In this document: in pieces, positions 11,501-21,314 of the stretch
How the letters are laid out: every line of letters begins with the position of its first letter
Numbering within the stretch: the first letter of the stretch is position 1
Virus record (IMG/VR): IMGVR_UViG_3300021963_000021
Location: 62,001 to 126,000 of that record
Direction: 5' to 3' (one strand)
DNA length: 64,000 bases
The notes under the pieces: generated by a model
What the model saw: only the letters and a program-made list of their open reading frames with translations
Databases searched by the model: none
What the model was told of the DNA's origin: nothing
Program-made: the position numbers and the translations under genes

Positions 11501-14500
11501 GCTTGAAAAATTAGCAGCAATAACGTAATATAGTTGTCCTGTAGATACACCGCCAAACACACCACCAGCAGTTCCGTTAACTGTGATATTAGCCGTAGTC
11601 AGTGAATATGTAGATCCAGTTGGAGTTTGTCTTAATTTGATTTTTGTTTGACTAACAATCTCGTCAACATAATAGGTAGTAGCACCTGAAATATTACCAA
11701 TCGACACTTCAAACTGTATAGGCATACCTACAGCCAAGCCAGTTGTGCTGTATAATGTCACAGTGTTAGCACCGACTAATGAACCGGTAGCAGTTACAAC
11801 AATCGTTTCATAACTGAAATAAACTGGCATACCAACATATAGACTTGATGTGTCAGCTACTGTAATTAGATTATTTGTAGAACTAGAAACTGTGGCATTT
11901 AATCTTGTAAAATTTTCACAGGCTATAGCTACTTCTTTTGATACTGTATTATAAGCGACTATCTGTCCATACTGACCAGTTCCTGTACCACTTTGTATAA
12001 TCAATCTTAGACCATAATAAATGTCTATGTCGTTTTGATCACCTGTGGCAATAGTGATAGAATAAGGATTTCCTGCTTGAGCATTGTTACCAGTTGATAT
12101 GTAACTACCACCGCCAATACTGCCTGTGGAATCAGCAGGATCTAAAACTCGAGCTTCAAAAATAGCGTTGTCTCGGAATTCGTCACCGATTACTGCTGCG
12201 TTAACACCTGATCCTGAAAACGCATAAGAAGCTGTTGTATAATTTTCGCCAGCATTTGAAAATTCTAGTTTTAAAATTTCATCATTGGCTTCGCCGGAGA
12301 ATGCGCTAACTACCTGTGCTTCTCTAGTTCGGTTATTAATAGTTCCAGGCACTGGTAATTCGTCGTCATCAACACCTTCTGCTACACAACCGTATGTACC
12401 ATAAGAACTGTTACCGTTAGTAGCACGTATCTTGCCACCATTCTCAGCTAGATAACCAATGTGTCCATAGTATGAGAACACTGAAACAAGTTCTGTTAGA
12501 CCTTTATTAGTACACCATACACCAATGCCGTCTGATAAGACCTGTGTAAAGTCGTTGGCAACGATAGATCTATTGCCCCCATTATGTCTAGCACCGTCAA
12601 TTTTAAGACCAGTACAGCCGTTACCAAAAGTTGTAACGTTCTGTACATAACAGGATTTTGTATTAATCCATACAGATGTATCGTCAGGACCATACCCAGG
12701 ATCTAGAGATACATAGGCACCTGCGGTAGGACGTTGAGTTAGGTACTCATTGAACGGGCCCAACGTACCATTGAGACCTCGCAATGTCATGTTACGAATA
12801 CCTGTTCCGTTGTTTACATGGAACATGTCTTCAGTTTGTGTGCTGATAGTTGGTTGTATAATAGTACTGCGTAGTTCTTCACCTACTAGAGCAACATCTC
12901 TAGGAACTTTGATAGGTAATATTTCTGTATAAACACCTACCTTAATAAAAATAGTAGCAGGACCAGATATACTGCCACAGGCATATTTTACAGTTCTCCA
13001 AGGAGCATTAATAGTTGTTCCGTTTCCGGGCTGATCAACACCATCTGGACCTACATAATATATTTTTTCAATGAACTGGAAAGTGTCCCAATCAATTGAA
13101 TTAGATGAATTAATTTTTAAAGCCTGGCCTTCTGTACCAATAGGCAACCGTGTGTTACCTATAGAACTACCATCTTCTTTGATTCCAAATAGTTTTATAT
13201 CGCCTTGCTCTCTCAATGATCCCCATTGATCGCCTAGAGCAACTAGTGTCCAAATTCCGCCGGCACTGGTATCTGGTCTAGTTGACGGTGAAGAAAGATG
13301 CTGAGTTAAGCAACGATAGGTGTTACTTTCAAATGTCAGCATATCACCGATGGCATATTCAAAATTATCTTGCCAACGCCCCTGCCATTTTTCTCCAGGA
13401 ACTAAGAGTTCCCAATTAATAGAATCAATGTTAGGATCGCTGGCTACATCGGCTGTAGCTACATATAATTGACCCTGACGTCTTAGTACATCGCCTACCT
13501 GATAAGAAGTCGCGGCGGTCCATTCGCCTTGTATCTTAAATCCCTTAGTCAACAGTTCCCAAGAATCAACGGAACTATCGCCTAACGCAGTTGACGGAAT
13601 AACATTTATGTTATTGATTAACGCATAGTATGAATAGCCGCCGTACTTGACTACATCACCTTTTTGATATATTGTAGTGCTGTTCCATGTATTTTCATAT
13701 TCAAACCCTGGAACATAAATGATCCATTTTGTAAGATCAAAATCAACAGCAGAAGTATGATGCTGCGAGCAGATCCATATACCTGCTCCCCATTTCACAA
13801 CATCGTTTACTTTGTATCGATAGCCGTCAATAGGTGTAGGTGAGGTTACTTCAGGTACCCAATTGCCTTTGTAATCTATACCATCATTTACAATTTCCCA
13901 ACTGCTTTGATCGTCTTCTAATCCTGCTTCGGCATCAGGTGCTGAAGTATGTGCTACTATACAACGATAAACAATTCCACCGTACTTGACAATGTCATTT
14001 AATTTATATTTTGTATCAGTGGTCCAATCACCTTTCCACTTTTCAGATAATACTACAGTTTCCCAAGAACCAAAGTTGCCTTCGAGACCAGCAGTTGACG
14101 CAGCACTGGTATGAGCAATTATACAGCGATAGACAATACCTCCCCACTTGACTACATCATTTTCAGAGTATTTGGTATTTTGTGTCCAATTACCTTTCCA
14201 TTCTTGACCTCTAGCATAAGATGCCCATTTAGGTTGGTCAGATTCTAGTCCGGAAAGAGCGTTATTCGATGTGTGTCTTAGCACACAGATATAAACAATG
14301 CCGTTGTATTTTACAAGATCACCAGTGTTATAAAAAGTAGTCGGTTGCCAATCACCTTTCCACTCGTAGCCGTCGAACATCAATTCCCACTGAGGGTCTG
14401 CTGTAATAGGTACTGTGGTAAGATCCTGTTTTTCTAAATCGGTATAAAAATTAACATCCGATGTATGACCGTGTAGACAAACATAGCTTTTACCGCCATA

Positions 14501-14590
14501 TCTAACTATGTCGTCTTTTACATAATTGTGACCAGCAGCCCAGTCACCTAACCATGTAAATTTTATTCTACTTAATTTAAATTCAGCCAT
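8504..14590 (-). CDS. Giant virion fibre/structural protein (2028 aa), paralogue of 2191..8451 with two Asp-box propeller regions
   Basis: Same MAEFKL.RI.F.W start, same repeats, near-identical VANDFTQVLSDGIGVWCTN...GHIGYLAENGGKIRATNGNSSYG block. Confidence 0.7.
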   Translation of the reverse strand: MAEFKLSRIKFTWLGDWAAGHNYVKDDIVRYGGKSYVCLHGHTSDVNFYTDLEKQDLTTVPITADPQWELMFDGYEWKGDWQPTTFYNTGDLVKYNGIVYICVLRHTSNNALSGLESDQPKWASYARGQEWKGNWTQNTKYSENDVVKWGGIVYRCIIAHTSAASTAGLEGNFGSWETVVLSEKWKGDWTTDTKYKLNDIVKYGGIVYRCIVAHTSAPDAEAGLEDDQSSWEIVNDGIDYKGNWVPEVTSPTPIDGYRYKVNDVVKWGAGIWICSQHHTSAVDFDLTKWIIYVPGFEYENTWNSTTIYQKGDVVKYGGYSYYALINNINVIPSTALGDSSVDSWELLTKGFKIQGEWTAATSYQVGDVLRRQGQLYVATADVASDPNIDSINWELLVPGEKWQGRWQDNFEYAIGDMLTFESNTYRCLTQHLSSPSTRPDTSAGGIWTLVALGDQWGSLREQGDIKLFGIKEDGSSIGNTRLPIGTEGQALKINSSNSIDWDTFQFIEKIYYVGPDGVDQPGNGTTINAPWRTVKYACGSISGPATIFIKVGVYTEILPIKVPRDVALVGEELRSTIIQPTISTQTEDMFHVNNGTGIRNMTLRGLNGTLGPFNEYLTQRPTAGAYVSLDPGYGPDDTSVWINTKSCYVQNVTTFGNGCTGLKIDGARHNGGNRSIVANDFTQVLSDGIGVWCTNKGLTELVSVFSYYGHIGYLAENGGKIRATNGNSSYGTYGCVAEGVDDDELPVPGTINNRTREAQVVSAFSGEANDEILKLEFSNAGENYTTASYAFSGSGVNAAVIGDEFRDNAIFEARVLDPADSTGSIGGGSYISTGNNAQAGNPYSITIATGDQNDIDIYYGLRLIIQSGTGTGQYGQIVAYNTVSKEVAIACENFTRLNATVSSSTNNLITVADTSSLYVGMPVYFSYETIVVTATGSLVGANTVTLYSTTGLAVGMPIQFEVSIGNISGATTYYVDEIVSQTKIKLRQTPTGSTYSLTTANITVNGTAGGVFGGVSTGQLYYVIAANFSSTQFAVSTLPGGSAESITTSLGLMYVHKAGFQHVNGATQNIALLDTTSVYRIEPRITFTTPDYSNTVLTVPSQTWVDSAFGAGVWVLLGASGTASVYNGSSLLTATLPVPAGGAYSSITYGGGNFVAVATNATNVGSPAQVSVSANGTSWSTGSMPGTTTNWSSVAYGGGAYVAISASSGTTAAYSADGLSWNSSTLSSTGIWASVAYGAGKFVAIRTTSNAAAYSTDGGQTWTATTLPATATWTSITFGNGAFVAVASGTGAAAVSTNGINWYATVMPVSSNWNHVSYGQGQFLAVSTSTTATVAFSDDGNYWVAKTVTGNLGRVSAAFGNPNNNGAWITIPSTGTNGNLINYGATAKGRVEINGGRVSRIKLWEPGSGYLTTPTAVLTDPNNTSEVNIECRVGVGVLGNPTFTNRGLGYKTSTTIVTVSGDGYADIYPVGKALILDNVTRLPRTGANLTLDLISWVENNMPSNNNWSGVTYGTRFVAVAGTTGAPTTQAAYSTDGTSWSSATMPTSAAWTSVAYGNGYYAAIAKSSTNAAYSTTGITWSSSTLPAGRTWTSLAFGGGTFVAVASGSNKAAYSIDGGATWLESSMPSSANWEAVTYGSGLFMAVASGGTVGATSNDGINWNGIALSSTQSWTAVTYGKNLFVVFASGSDTYAWTDDAGTTWTEGTLPIVGDWRSATFANKKFIVVGNNVDEFVTSTDGLIWKERPYPLTAGTSIIGGANVYVSVGTGTTSIVAPDGSTDTVYRVLTVALVSGSVPNARIAVTVSPAFTRTNAPVNGTEVLIREKYSQVRLTGHDFLEIGTGNFIDTNYPYTAVNNFQPDKEIYYRGGGRCFYTSTDQDGNFRVGELFAVEQATGVITISADYFDLSGLSEIRLGGIRVGGTGVVIREFSTDATFTADSNNIVPTQKAIKAYIGRRISGGGSDAATGRLIAGTVSIGPDSIGNTTGIRDQITVPVLFKKGAGGYMTAWSMFADSFNSQLDWQETGRDLG

Positions 14591-14613
14591 TGTTTATCTC
14601 TTAAATTCCAAAA

Positions 14614-14621
14614 TATTTATA
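14614..14621 (-). promoter_or_regulatory. T4-type late promoter TATAAATA
   Basis: Exact T4 late consensus upstream of the 2028-aa gene. Related TAAATA sites lie at 1851, 8478, 21297, 26175, 29584, 29862, 33779, 34687 and 44073 (-), and 41626, 48942 and 54645 (+). Confidence 0.75.
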
Positions 14622-14976
14622 TACCAGTTGGATAGTTATAGTTTTCGTTGATCCTAACAACCAACTGTCCGTCATCGTCTATGTAATAAAATAGATCTCT
14701 GCCATCCCATCTGTATTGCTCGTACTTGATATTAGCATACACTAACTCGTGTTGTACGCTACGGCCTTCTGTGAAATCTATCCCAGTTTCAAAATCATTA
14801 TAATTGTCTTCAGATGCTCCTGGGTTATTAACGGTTATAGCATCATCAGCTCTTAACTGATCTAATTTACCCATGTAGATCTCGCCGTTGTCTGTTCTTC
14901 TCAGGCCATAGAAATATCTAGGAGTTCCTTGTCCTAACAAATTTTGTAAATCTACATCACCAACATAATAGGTCAT
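14617..14976 (-). CDS. Hypothetical virion-associated protein (119 aa)
   Basis: ORF tightly packed in the structural operon with AGGA SD. Confidence 0.6.
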   Translation of the reverse strand: MTYYVGDVDLQNLLGQGTPRYFYGLRRTDNGEIYMGKLDQLRADDAITVNNPGASEDNYNDFETGIDFTEGRSVQHELVYANIKYEQYRWDGRDLFYYIDDDGQLVVRINENYNYPTGI

Positions 14977-14986
14977 GATATTTTCC

Positions 14987-15316
14987 TTATACTAACTCGA
15001 CATAACTGACAACAACATCTACAGAAGAAGCAGTATCTGCTTGTGCGTATATGGCATTGTTTTCTGCCAATACTAATTTTTCTCCGCCGTTGACTATTCG
15101 TGCGCTCTGAAAAGGCGGCAGTGTGATATCTTTGATATAATATCCCATAGTAGAACTAGCATCTTCTATCAAAACACTAACACGAACTGTAGCAGTAGTT
15201 AGATTACATAAACTAAAACCAATTACAGTAATGCGACTGGTAGGAGTAGTTTCTATAACCTGCGTTCTAGTTGTGCCTAGCTCATTAATAATCTTATTTC
15301 TAAAAAACGTTGCCAT
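14987..15316 (-). CDS. Small beta-rich virion protein (fibre partner family, paralogue 2)
   Basis: MATFFRNK...GFSLCN...GGEKLVL...DVVVSYVE pattern; directly follows a giant fibre gene. Confidence 0.6.
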   Translation of the reverse strand: MATFFRNKIINELGTTRTQVIETTPTSRITVIGFSLCNLTTATVRVSVLIEDASSTMGYYIKDITLPPFQSARIVNGGEKLVLAENNAIYAQADTASSVDVVVSYVELV

Positions 15317-15321
15317 ATCTT

Positions 15322-18300
15322 TTATCCAAATATAAGTGCGTTTCTAATAGCGATATCTTCCGCTTCAGTTATAGTTACGCCGCCTCCGGAGCCCGCCGCC
15401 GATATCCACTGTGTGCCGTCATATATTTCAACACGATTATCTGTGGTGTTGAAACGGATCATTCCAGTTTCTAAAAATGCGCCGCGCTGTGTGTCTAAAC
15501 CTGTAGGTATTACAAAACCCGTAGTACCTGAAATTTTAAAATAGCCGCTACCTGTTTGATTAAAATAGGTAATACTATCATTTACTATATTAGTTATCGT
15601 ATTTTGTTTGAAGGCAAAATTACCAATAACTGTAGATCCTGTGCCGTTTGGACTGAATACTAAATTAGTATCTGGAGTAGTAGTCGATATAGTGTTTCCG
15701 CTGATGTTTATATCGTCAACTTGTACTTCTGCGATATCCAATCGGCTAGCAGTCAAAGACCCAGTTAGTGCCCCGTTATTATAAAATCTAATAGTGTTGT
15801 CGTTAGCACCAGGAGTTAGCTCTGCTGTTATATAGGTATTCTGATCAATATCCCAAACACCATCAAGCCTTCGCCAGTTAGTTCCGTCAAATCCTTCATA
15901 CCCAACTATGTCAGTGTTAAACCGAATCATACCAGCTTGGCCAGTTGGACGTTGTACATTTGTACCTACAGGTATTCTCAAACTTTGGGTAGAATTGATA
16001 CTTACTATACCTGTGCCGTTGGGCTGTATAACGATGTCATCATTGTTCTGTGTGCTAATTGTATTTTGATTTACATAAATCTGCTCAATCTCAATAGCAC
16101 CTGTGCCGTTAGCACGTAATTCTAAGTTGGCATTAGAAACCGTAGTTTCTATTAAATTGCCATTGATTCTTATTGCGCTGGTTCTTATAGTCGGCGCTGT
16201 TACTTCTGCTGACGCAGTTAGGTTTGAAGTTGTAGTATTTCCTGTAACATATAGATCGTTGGTTACTTCTAGATCATTGTTTGGTACATAGACTCTTCCT
16301 GACCCAGTAGCCTGTAATGTTAAATCATTGTTGCCTACAGTAGTGGTAATAACATTACCGTCAATTCTAATATCAGAGAATTGAGCAGCGCCGTTTACTG
16401 TTAATATACCGGTTAAGTTGTAAGCACCTGTTTGATTCACAGTGCCTGTTTGTGTAGTGTTGCCAGTTTGTGTTAATGTTCCTACAAGATTAGTAGCTGC
16501 TAGTGTTGTAGAATTTGTAACAGTTAAGTTTTGTCCCAGTGTAACATTGTTGCTGGGAATTAATACTTTGCCTGCGCCATGTGCTCTAAGTTCTAGATTG
16601 CTGTTGCTTAGAGTAGTCTGTATTAAATTACCTTCAATGACTATATCACCGTCACTGAACGCATCTGTGTTCAATGTTTGATTTACAGTCAGTGTACTGG
16701 CAGTTATGTTTCCAGTAACTGTTAGATTTTGCTCAACAACGACGTTGTCATTTGGAACATAGATCCTACCTGTGCCTGCTGCTTCTAGTATGAGATCATT
16801 GTTACCAATTGTAGTAGTGATAACGTTGTTGTCTATGTTTATGTCATAGAATTGTGTTTCACCTGTTACTGATAAATTTCCGTTAAGTGTAACGTTACCA
16901 GTCTGTGTAAATGTGCCAGTCTGGTTGAAATTACCAACCTGTGTAATCGTTCCGGTTACTGTGGCGTTATTAAGGTTAGTAGTTCCGTTTACTGTAAGGT
17001 CGTTATCAATCTGTACATTGTTTGTTGGAACTAATACTTTTCCTGTACCGTTAGCACGTAGTTCTAAATTACTGTTGCTCAGTGTAGTTCTAATTAAGTT
17101 ACCAGCTAGCTCTATATCGCCATTGCTCAACACAGGAGCAGTCATGGTACCTATGGTATTGATATTATAAGCTGTGAGATCACCTAGCACAGTAAGATTT
17201 TGATCTATCTGTACATTGTTGTTTGGTATCGAAATTTTACCAGACCCGCTGGCATCTAATACTAGGTCAGTTCCTAGCGTAGTGCTGACTGTGTTGTCAT
17301 TGATTCGAACGTCTTTGAACTGCGCCACTTCACTGATGTCAATTGACCCAGTTAGGGTATAGTTACCAGTCTGATTCGTATCACCGGTTTGATTTAAAGT
17401 TCCGGTATGTGTTAAGGTACCATCAATCTGCGTATCGTCTAATGTAGTAGTTCCTAACACTGTGAGATTGTTAGCTACCTGTAGATTGTTTGATGGTATG
17501 TTAACAACGCCAGTGCCATTAGCAGACAGTTCTAAATCACTGTTGCTCAGTGTTGTTTTTATTAGGTTTCCGGAGACAACAATGTCACCTGTACCAAATT
17601 CCGGAGCAGTGATAGAACCAGTTAACTGTAATTGATTTAATGTAGTAACTCCAAGCACAGTCAAGTCTTGCGACATAACAACATCATTGGTAGGAATAAC
17701 AATATTACCAGTGCCGCTGGCCTGTAACTGTAGATCGCTGTTAGAATTTGTAGTTCTAATATTATTGTCTTGTACAGCAATGCCTTCTAGCAATAGACTG
17801 TTAACAGTTAGTAAACCATTTAATGTATAATTGCCAGTCTGTGTAGTGTTACCAGTCTGCGTTAGGTCGCCTGTTTGTGTGACATTACCAGTTATGGTCG
17901 TGCCTTTGAGATTTGTAGCACCTAGCACTGTTAGATTTTGATCTAACAAAACATTATCTTCAGGAACGTACACACGGCCTGTACCGTTGGCAGCAAGCTC
18001 TAAGTCTGAATTTGATACAGTCGTGGAAATTCTGTTGTCATCGATTACAATATTATCTAGTGTAACCTTAGTTGTGAACAGTTCTTTCCAACGTAGGCTA
18101 TTGGATCCTAGATTATATGTGTCAGTGATTTTAGGAACGATGTCACTGTCGACTCTAGCAGAAATCGTCACAGTGTCGGTGGTCTGATCACCGATAGTTA
18201 TGTTTCCGCCAATAGTTACATTGCCTGTGACATCAAGATTACCTGTGATAAATGTATCACTTTGTAGATTAATCTGATTGTTGAAAGCAGTTATGTTGAC

Positions 18301-21177
18301 TTCACCCGATAGGCTTTCGATAGTATTGCCGGATATTCTTAAATTACCAGTGTCGATACCTGTAGCCTGTATCGTTGTAGTGTTTACGCCATCTGTTAAA
18401 ACGATAGATCCAGTAACACTTAGATTACTGTTTGAAAATTCTACTTCACCGGTGTCTTGATTGATGTAAAAATATTCACCTACACGGAAATTACCACGAG
18501 CATCTACAGATGAGTAGTAAAGTTTTGCTCGATTAAGTTGTACAATTTCGTTAGCCTGTATAACTGACGAAGCATCATTGTCAGTGCGTTTACCTAAACC
18601 AATGTAGGCTAAATTCTGTCCGATAAGATACGCGATAACACCGTCACCATCGCCGTATGCGCCATAGTTACCATAGACACAAGCAGAACCGATGCTGCGC
18701 ACCTCGGCACCAAAGTCTGAATAATCAGCAAAATCTATGGCTGTAGCTGCTCCGCCCGATGTGGTCCTAATATCTTGTGTAGTTATTCCATCGTCTAAAA
18801 TAATAGTCGAATTGTTTGCGCCATTAAAATGTAACAACAATACAGTGTCAATGTCGCTGGTAAATGCTGATGTTGGAGGAACAAAGTTTGATGAGTACCT
18901 CGATAGGCCTTTAGATATCCTTACATCATCTAAGTAACCGTTTAAGAATTGAGTTGCACCAGTATAAGATGCTCCAATAGTTAACGGTGATTGAATGTAG
19001 TTAGTAGTATCGGTCCAAGTTGAACCAACTTGACTACCATTTACAAACATTTTAGTATTAGTACCTGATCGAGAAACAGCAATGTGATACCATTGACTAA
19101 TATTTGGTACTACTGCTGCAACGTTTATTGTTGCAACTCCTGCTACATAATAAACTAAATTAGTACCGTTAAAATATAACCAAGGAGCATCTGTTGGTGT
19201 TGTTGATCTAAAATCAAATATTGTTTGTACGCCAGTAGTATTGTTTCGATATACCCAAGTTTCTATTGTAAAGTCGCCTGTTCCAAACGCAAAATCTGGC
19301 TGGCTGGCATACACGATATAATCGCCAGTGCCATCTAATGCTAAACTAGCTGTACCAAATTTCTTTTGAGCTGTTGATAATTTTGCGTCACCTGACAGCG
19401 AAGCCGTTTTGCCGGCACGATCGCCCAGTGTTTCAAATCCTATTATTTTGCCATCGATTGTGAAATTATCACCACTGGCGCTGTCAATCACACCGGATGC
19501 TATAACTGTTGAGCCGTCAGTGTCGTAGTAAGTTAATGTATCACCGACATTAAATGCGCCGGTTCTTGAGCTGATCTTAAGTCTTGTTTTACCGTTGCCA
19601 GCAAACCCGTCATTGCTGCTGAATAGGTACATGCCTTTGTTGGCATAATATGTAAATGAGTTAAGCCACTCAATCCGTACGCCGTTGGTTGCTGTTAAAG
19701 CATCAACACCGGGAGTGATAAAAGTCACTGAGTGGAACAACATACTAGCTTCATTTGAGCTAGCAGTGGCATACGCACCGTCTACATAAGCACCTTTACC
19801 AGCGTCACCTTGATCAAATCCCAATGGATCTGTTGGTGAAGTTACACTGCCTCTGGTTATTACAGAGATATTTCTTACATATGGCGAGCGTGTAGTTACT
19901 TCAAAATCTGTAGTAAAACGGAAAGCATAACCGTTGTCAGGAAATACTCGTGTACCTCCATTACAGCTAAATGTTAGACTTTTAACAAATACTGTGTCGC
20001 CTAAACTAGCAGTACCACCAGTGTGTGTTAACACAAGCTCGCCATTAGCATAATTGTAAACAGCATTGGTTACAACATAATCAGTACCACTGATATTAAC
20101 AACACCACCACTTACATACGTATGAGCAAATGTTGTTGTGCCTACGTTAACTGTGGTAGATCCAGCAGAAGCTGCTGTTACTTCAAAAAAGTTTCCGCCG
20201 CTGAAAAAATCTTTAACTGTTAGATCTTCAACAGTAGTTTCACCGTTGAGTAAGAAAGCATCGTTGTATCGAGTAGCTGTTGTAGGACTTATAGATACTG
20301 ATCGTATACCTGTACCTCTAACAGTTACTCCAACCGGTACAGTTAATGGAAACGCTTCTTGATAGTCACCCGGATATATGTATACAGTATCGCCACTCAC
20401 TGCCTGTGAAAGAGCCTGTGTTATTGTTCTTACAGGATCAGATGGATGTGTACCAGTGTAGGTGTCATCTCCGTTCTCTGACACATAGATAATATTAACT
20501 GGGCGGAATGATAAATTGATGCCATCAATGATAACGTTGGCTGTGTAAACAGCGTCCGCATACAGATCTCTAACCCATGTATCTGCCCAACGTTTGCCGC
20601 CTAGCGCAGGATTGCTACCTAGCGTATATGTTTCATTGAAATTAGGTATAATGTCGCTGGCAATGTCTGCGTTGAATACAACATTATCAGTGTTAGCATC
20701 GCCTAGCTGGATGTCGCCATCAGCAGTAATGTTTCCAGTTACATGTAGATTACCGTCGATCAGCGCATCAGAATATATTTCTACTTGACCAGTACCGTTT
20801 GGTCTTAATTCTATGTTTGCGTTTGAGGAATTTGTCTGTATGACATTGTCAAATATATTGAAATCGCCCACCAAAAACTTTGGTGCTACAAATGCTGATT
20901 CAGTATTTGTTACAATGTTTATATCACCAGTTGAACTGGTAATAGTATTGTTTTCTATTGTGATGTTGCCAACGTCTAATCTGTTTTCTAGTTCTAGATT
21001 AGTTGTTCTTGTTGTGCCGTTGACATGTAGATCGTGCGTAGGAGAAGCTGTTTTTATCCCAACTCGGAGATTGTTAACATCAAGATAAAGTAGGTCGGTC
21101 TCAAAGGCCAGATCTACCCCGTTACGAAGCAGGTTTGCCTTTAAGAGCGGACCGCTAATACGACCAAGCTGGCTCAT
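15322..21177 (-). CDS. Giant repetitive fibre protein (1951 aa) with LamG/ConA-like domain
   Basis: Many SNSDLEL.A.GTG repeats; KFGTASLALDGTGDY...FGTGDFTIETWVY...WYHIAV...GYLDDVRISKG LamG signature; G.IRFNT...EG/IYDG C-terminal motifs. Confidence 0.7.
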   Translation of the reverse strand: MSQLGRISGPLLKANLLRNGVDLAFETDLLYLDVNNLRVGIKTASPTHDLHVNGTTRTTNLELENRLDVGNITIENNTITSSTGDINIVTNTESAFVAPKFLVGDFNIFDNVIQTNSSNANIELRPNGTGQVEIYSDALIDGNLHVTGNITADGDIQLGDANTDNVVFNADIASDIIPNFNETYTLGSNPALGGKRWADTWVRDLYADAVYTANVIIDGINLSFRPVNIIYVSENGDDTYTGTHPSDPVRTITQALSQAVSGDTVYIYPGDYQEAFPLTVPVGVTVRGTGIRSVSISPTTATRYNDAFLLNGETTVEDLTVKDFFSGGNFFEVTAASAGSTTVNVGTTTFAHTYVSGGVVNISGTDYVVTNAVYNYANGELVLTHTGGTASLGDTVFVKSLTFSCNGGTRVFPDNGYAFRFTTDFEVTTRSPYVRNISVITRGSVTSPTDPLGFDQGDAGKGAYVDGAYATASSNEASMLFHSVTFITPGVDALTATNGVRIEWLNSFTYYANKGMYLFSSNDGFAGNGKTRLKISSRTGAFNVGDTLTYYDTDGSTVIASGVIDSASGDNFTIDGKIIGFETLGDRAGKTASLSGDAKLSTAQKKFGTASLALDGTGDYIVYASQPDFAFGTGDFTIETWVYRNNTTGVQTIFDFRSTTPTDAPWLYFNGTNLVYYVAGVATINVAAVVPNISQWYHIAVSRSGTNTKMFVNGSQVGSTWTDTTNYIQSPLTIGASYTGATQFLNGYLDDVRISKGLSRYSSNFVPPTSAFTSDIDTVLLLHFNGANNSTIILDDGITTQDIRTTSGGAATAIDFADYSDFGAEVRSIGSACVYGNYGAYGDGDGVIAYLIGQNLAYIGLGKRTDNDASSVIQANEIVQLNRAKLYYSSVDARGNFRVGEYFYINQDTGEVEFSNSNLSVTGSIVLTDGVNTTTIQATGIDTGNLRISGNTIESLSGEVNITAFNNQINLQSDTFITGNLDVTGNVTIGGNITIGDQTTDTVTISARVDSDIVPKITDTYNLGSNSLRWKELFTTKVTLDNIVIDDNRISTTVSNSDLELAANGTGRVYVPEDNVLLDQNLTVLGATNLKGTTITGNVTQTGDLTQTGNTTQTGNYTLNGLLTVNSLLLEGIAVQDNNIRTTNSNSDLQLQASGTGNIVIPTNDVVMSQDLTVLGVTTLNQLQLTGSITAPEFGTGDIVVSGNLIKTTLSNSDLELSANGTGVVNIPSNNLQVANNLTVLGTTTLDDTQIDGTLTHTGTLNQTGDTNQTGNYTLTGSIDISEVAQFKDVRINDNTVSTTLGTDLVLDASGSGKISIPNNNVQIDQNLTVLGDLTAYNINTIGTMTAPVLSNGDIELAGNLIRTTLSNSNLELRANGTGKVLVPTNNVQIDNDLTVNGTTNLNNATVTGTITQVGNFNQTGTFTQTGNVTLNGNLSVTGETQFYDINIDNNVITTTIGNNDLILEAAGTGRIYVPNDNVVVEQNLTVTGNITASTLTVNQTLNTDAFSDGDIVIEGNLIQTTLSNSNLELRAHGAGKVLIPSNNVTLGQNLTVTNSTTLAATNLVGTLTQTGNTTQTGTVNQTGAYNLTGILTVNGAAQFSDIRIDGNVITTTVGNNDLTLQATGSGRVYVPNNDLEVTNDLYVTGNTTTSNLTASAEVTAPTIRTSAIRINGNLIETTVSNANLELRANGTGAIEIEQIYVNQNTISTQNNDDIVIQPNGTGIVSINSTQSLRIPVGTNVQRPTGQAGMIRFNTDIVGYEGFDGTNWRRLDGVWDIDQNTYITAELTPGANDNTIRFYNNGALTGSLTASRLDIAEVQVDDINISGNTISTTTPDTNLVFSPNGTGSTVIGNFAFKQNTITNIVNDSITYFNQTGSGYFKISGTTGFVIPTGLDTQRGAFLETGMIRFNTTDNRVEIYDGTQWISAAGSGGGVTITEAEDIAIRNALIFG

Positions 21178-21296
21178 TCGCTCTCCTTATACCCCGTGTT
21201 TCACGGTTAACCACTTTCTCAGCCGCTTTTACGGCTCTTTGCGGGTTTACCACAGTTTAACCATACAGAGAATTGGTCGTTCTCTGTAATCATTAG
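21178..21296 (-). promoter_or_regulatory. Structured 5' leader between a late promoter and the 1951-aa fibre gene
   Basis: Hairpins TACAGAGAA/TTCTCTGTA (21264-21288), AGCCG/CGGCT and CCGTG/CACGG, three TGGT(T)AA repeats, then AAGGAG SD. Confidence 0.55.
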
Positions 21297-21314
21297 TATT
21301 TATCGTTTGGGCTT

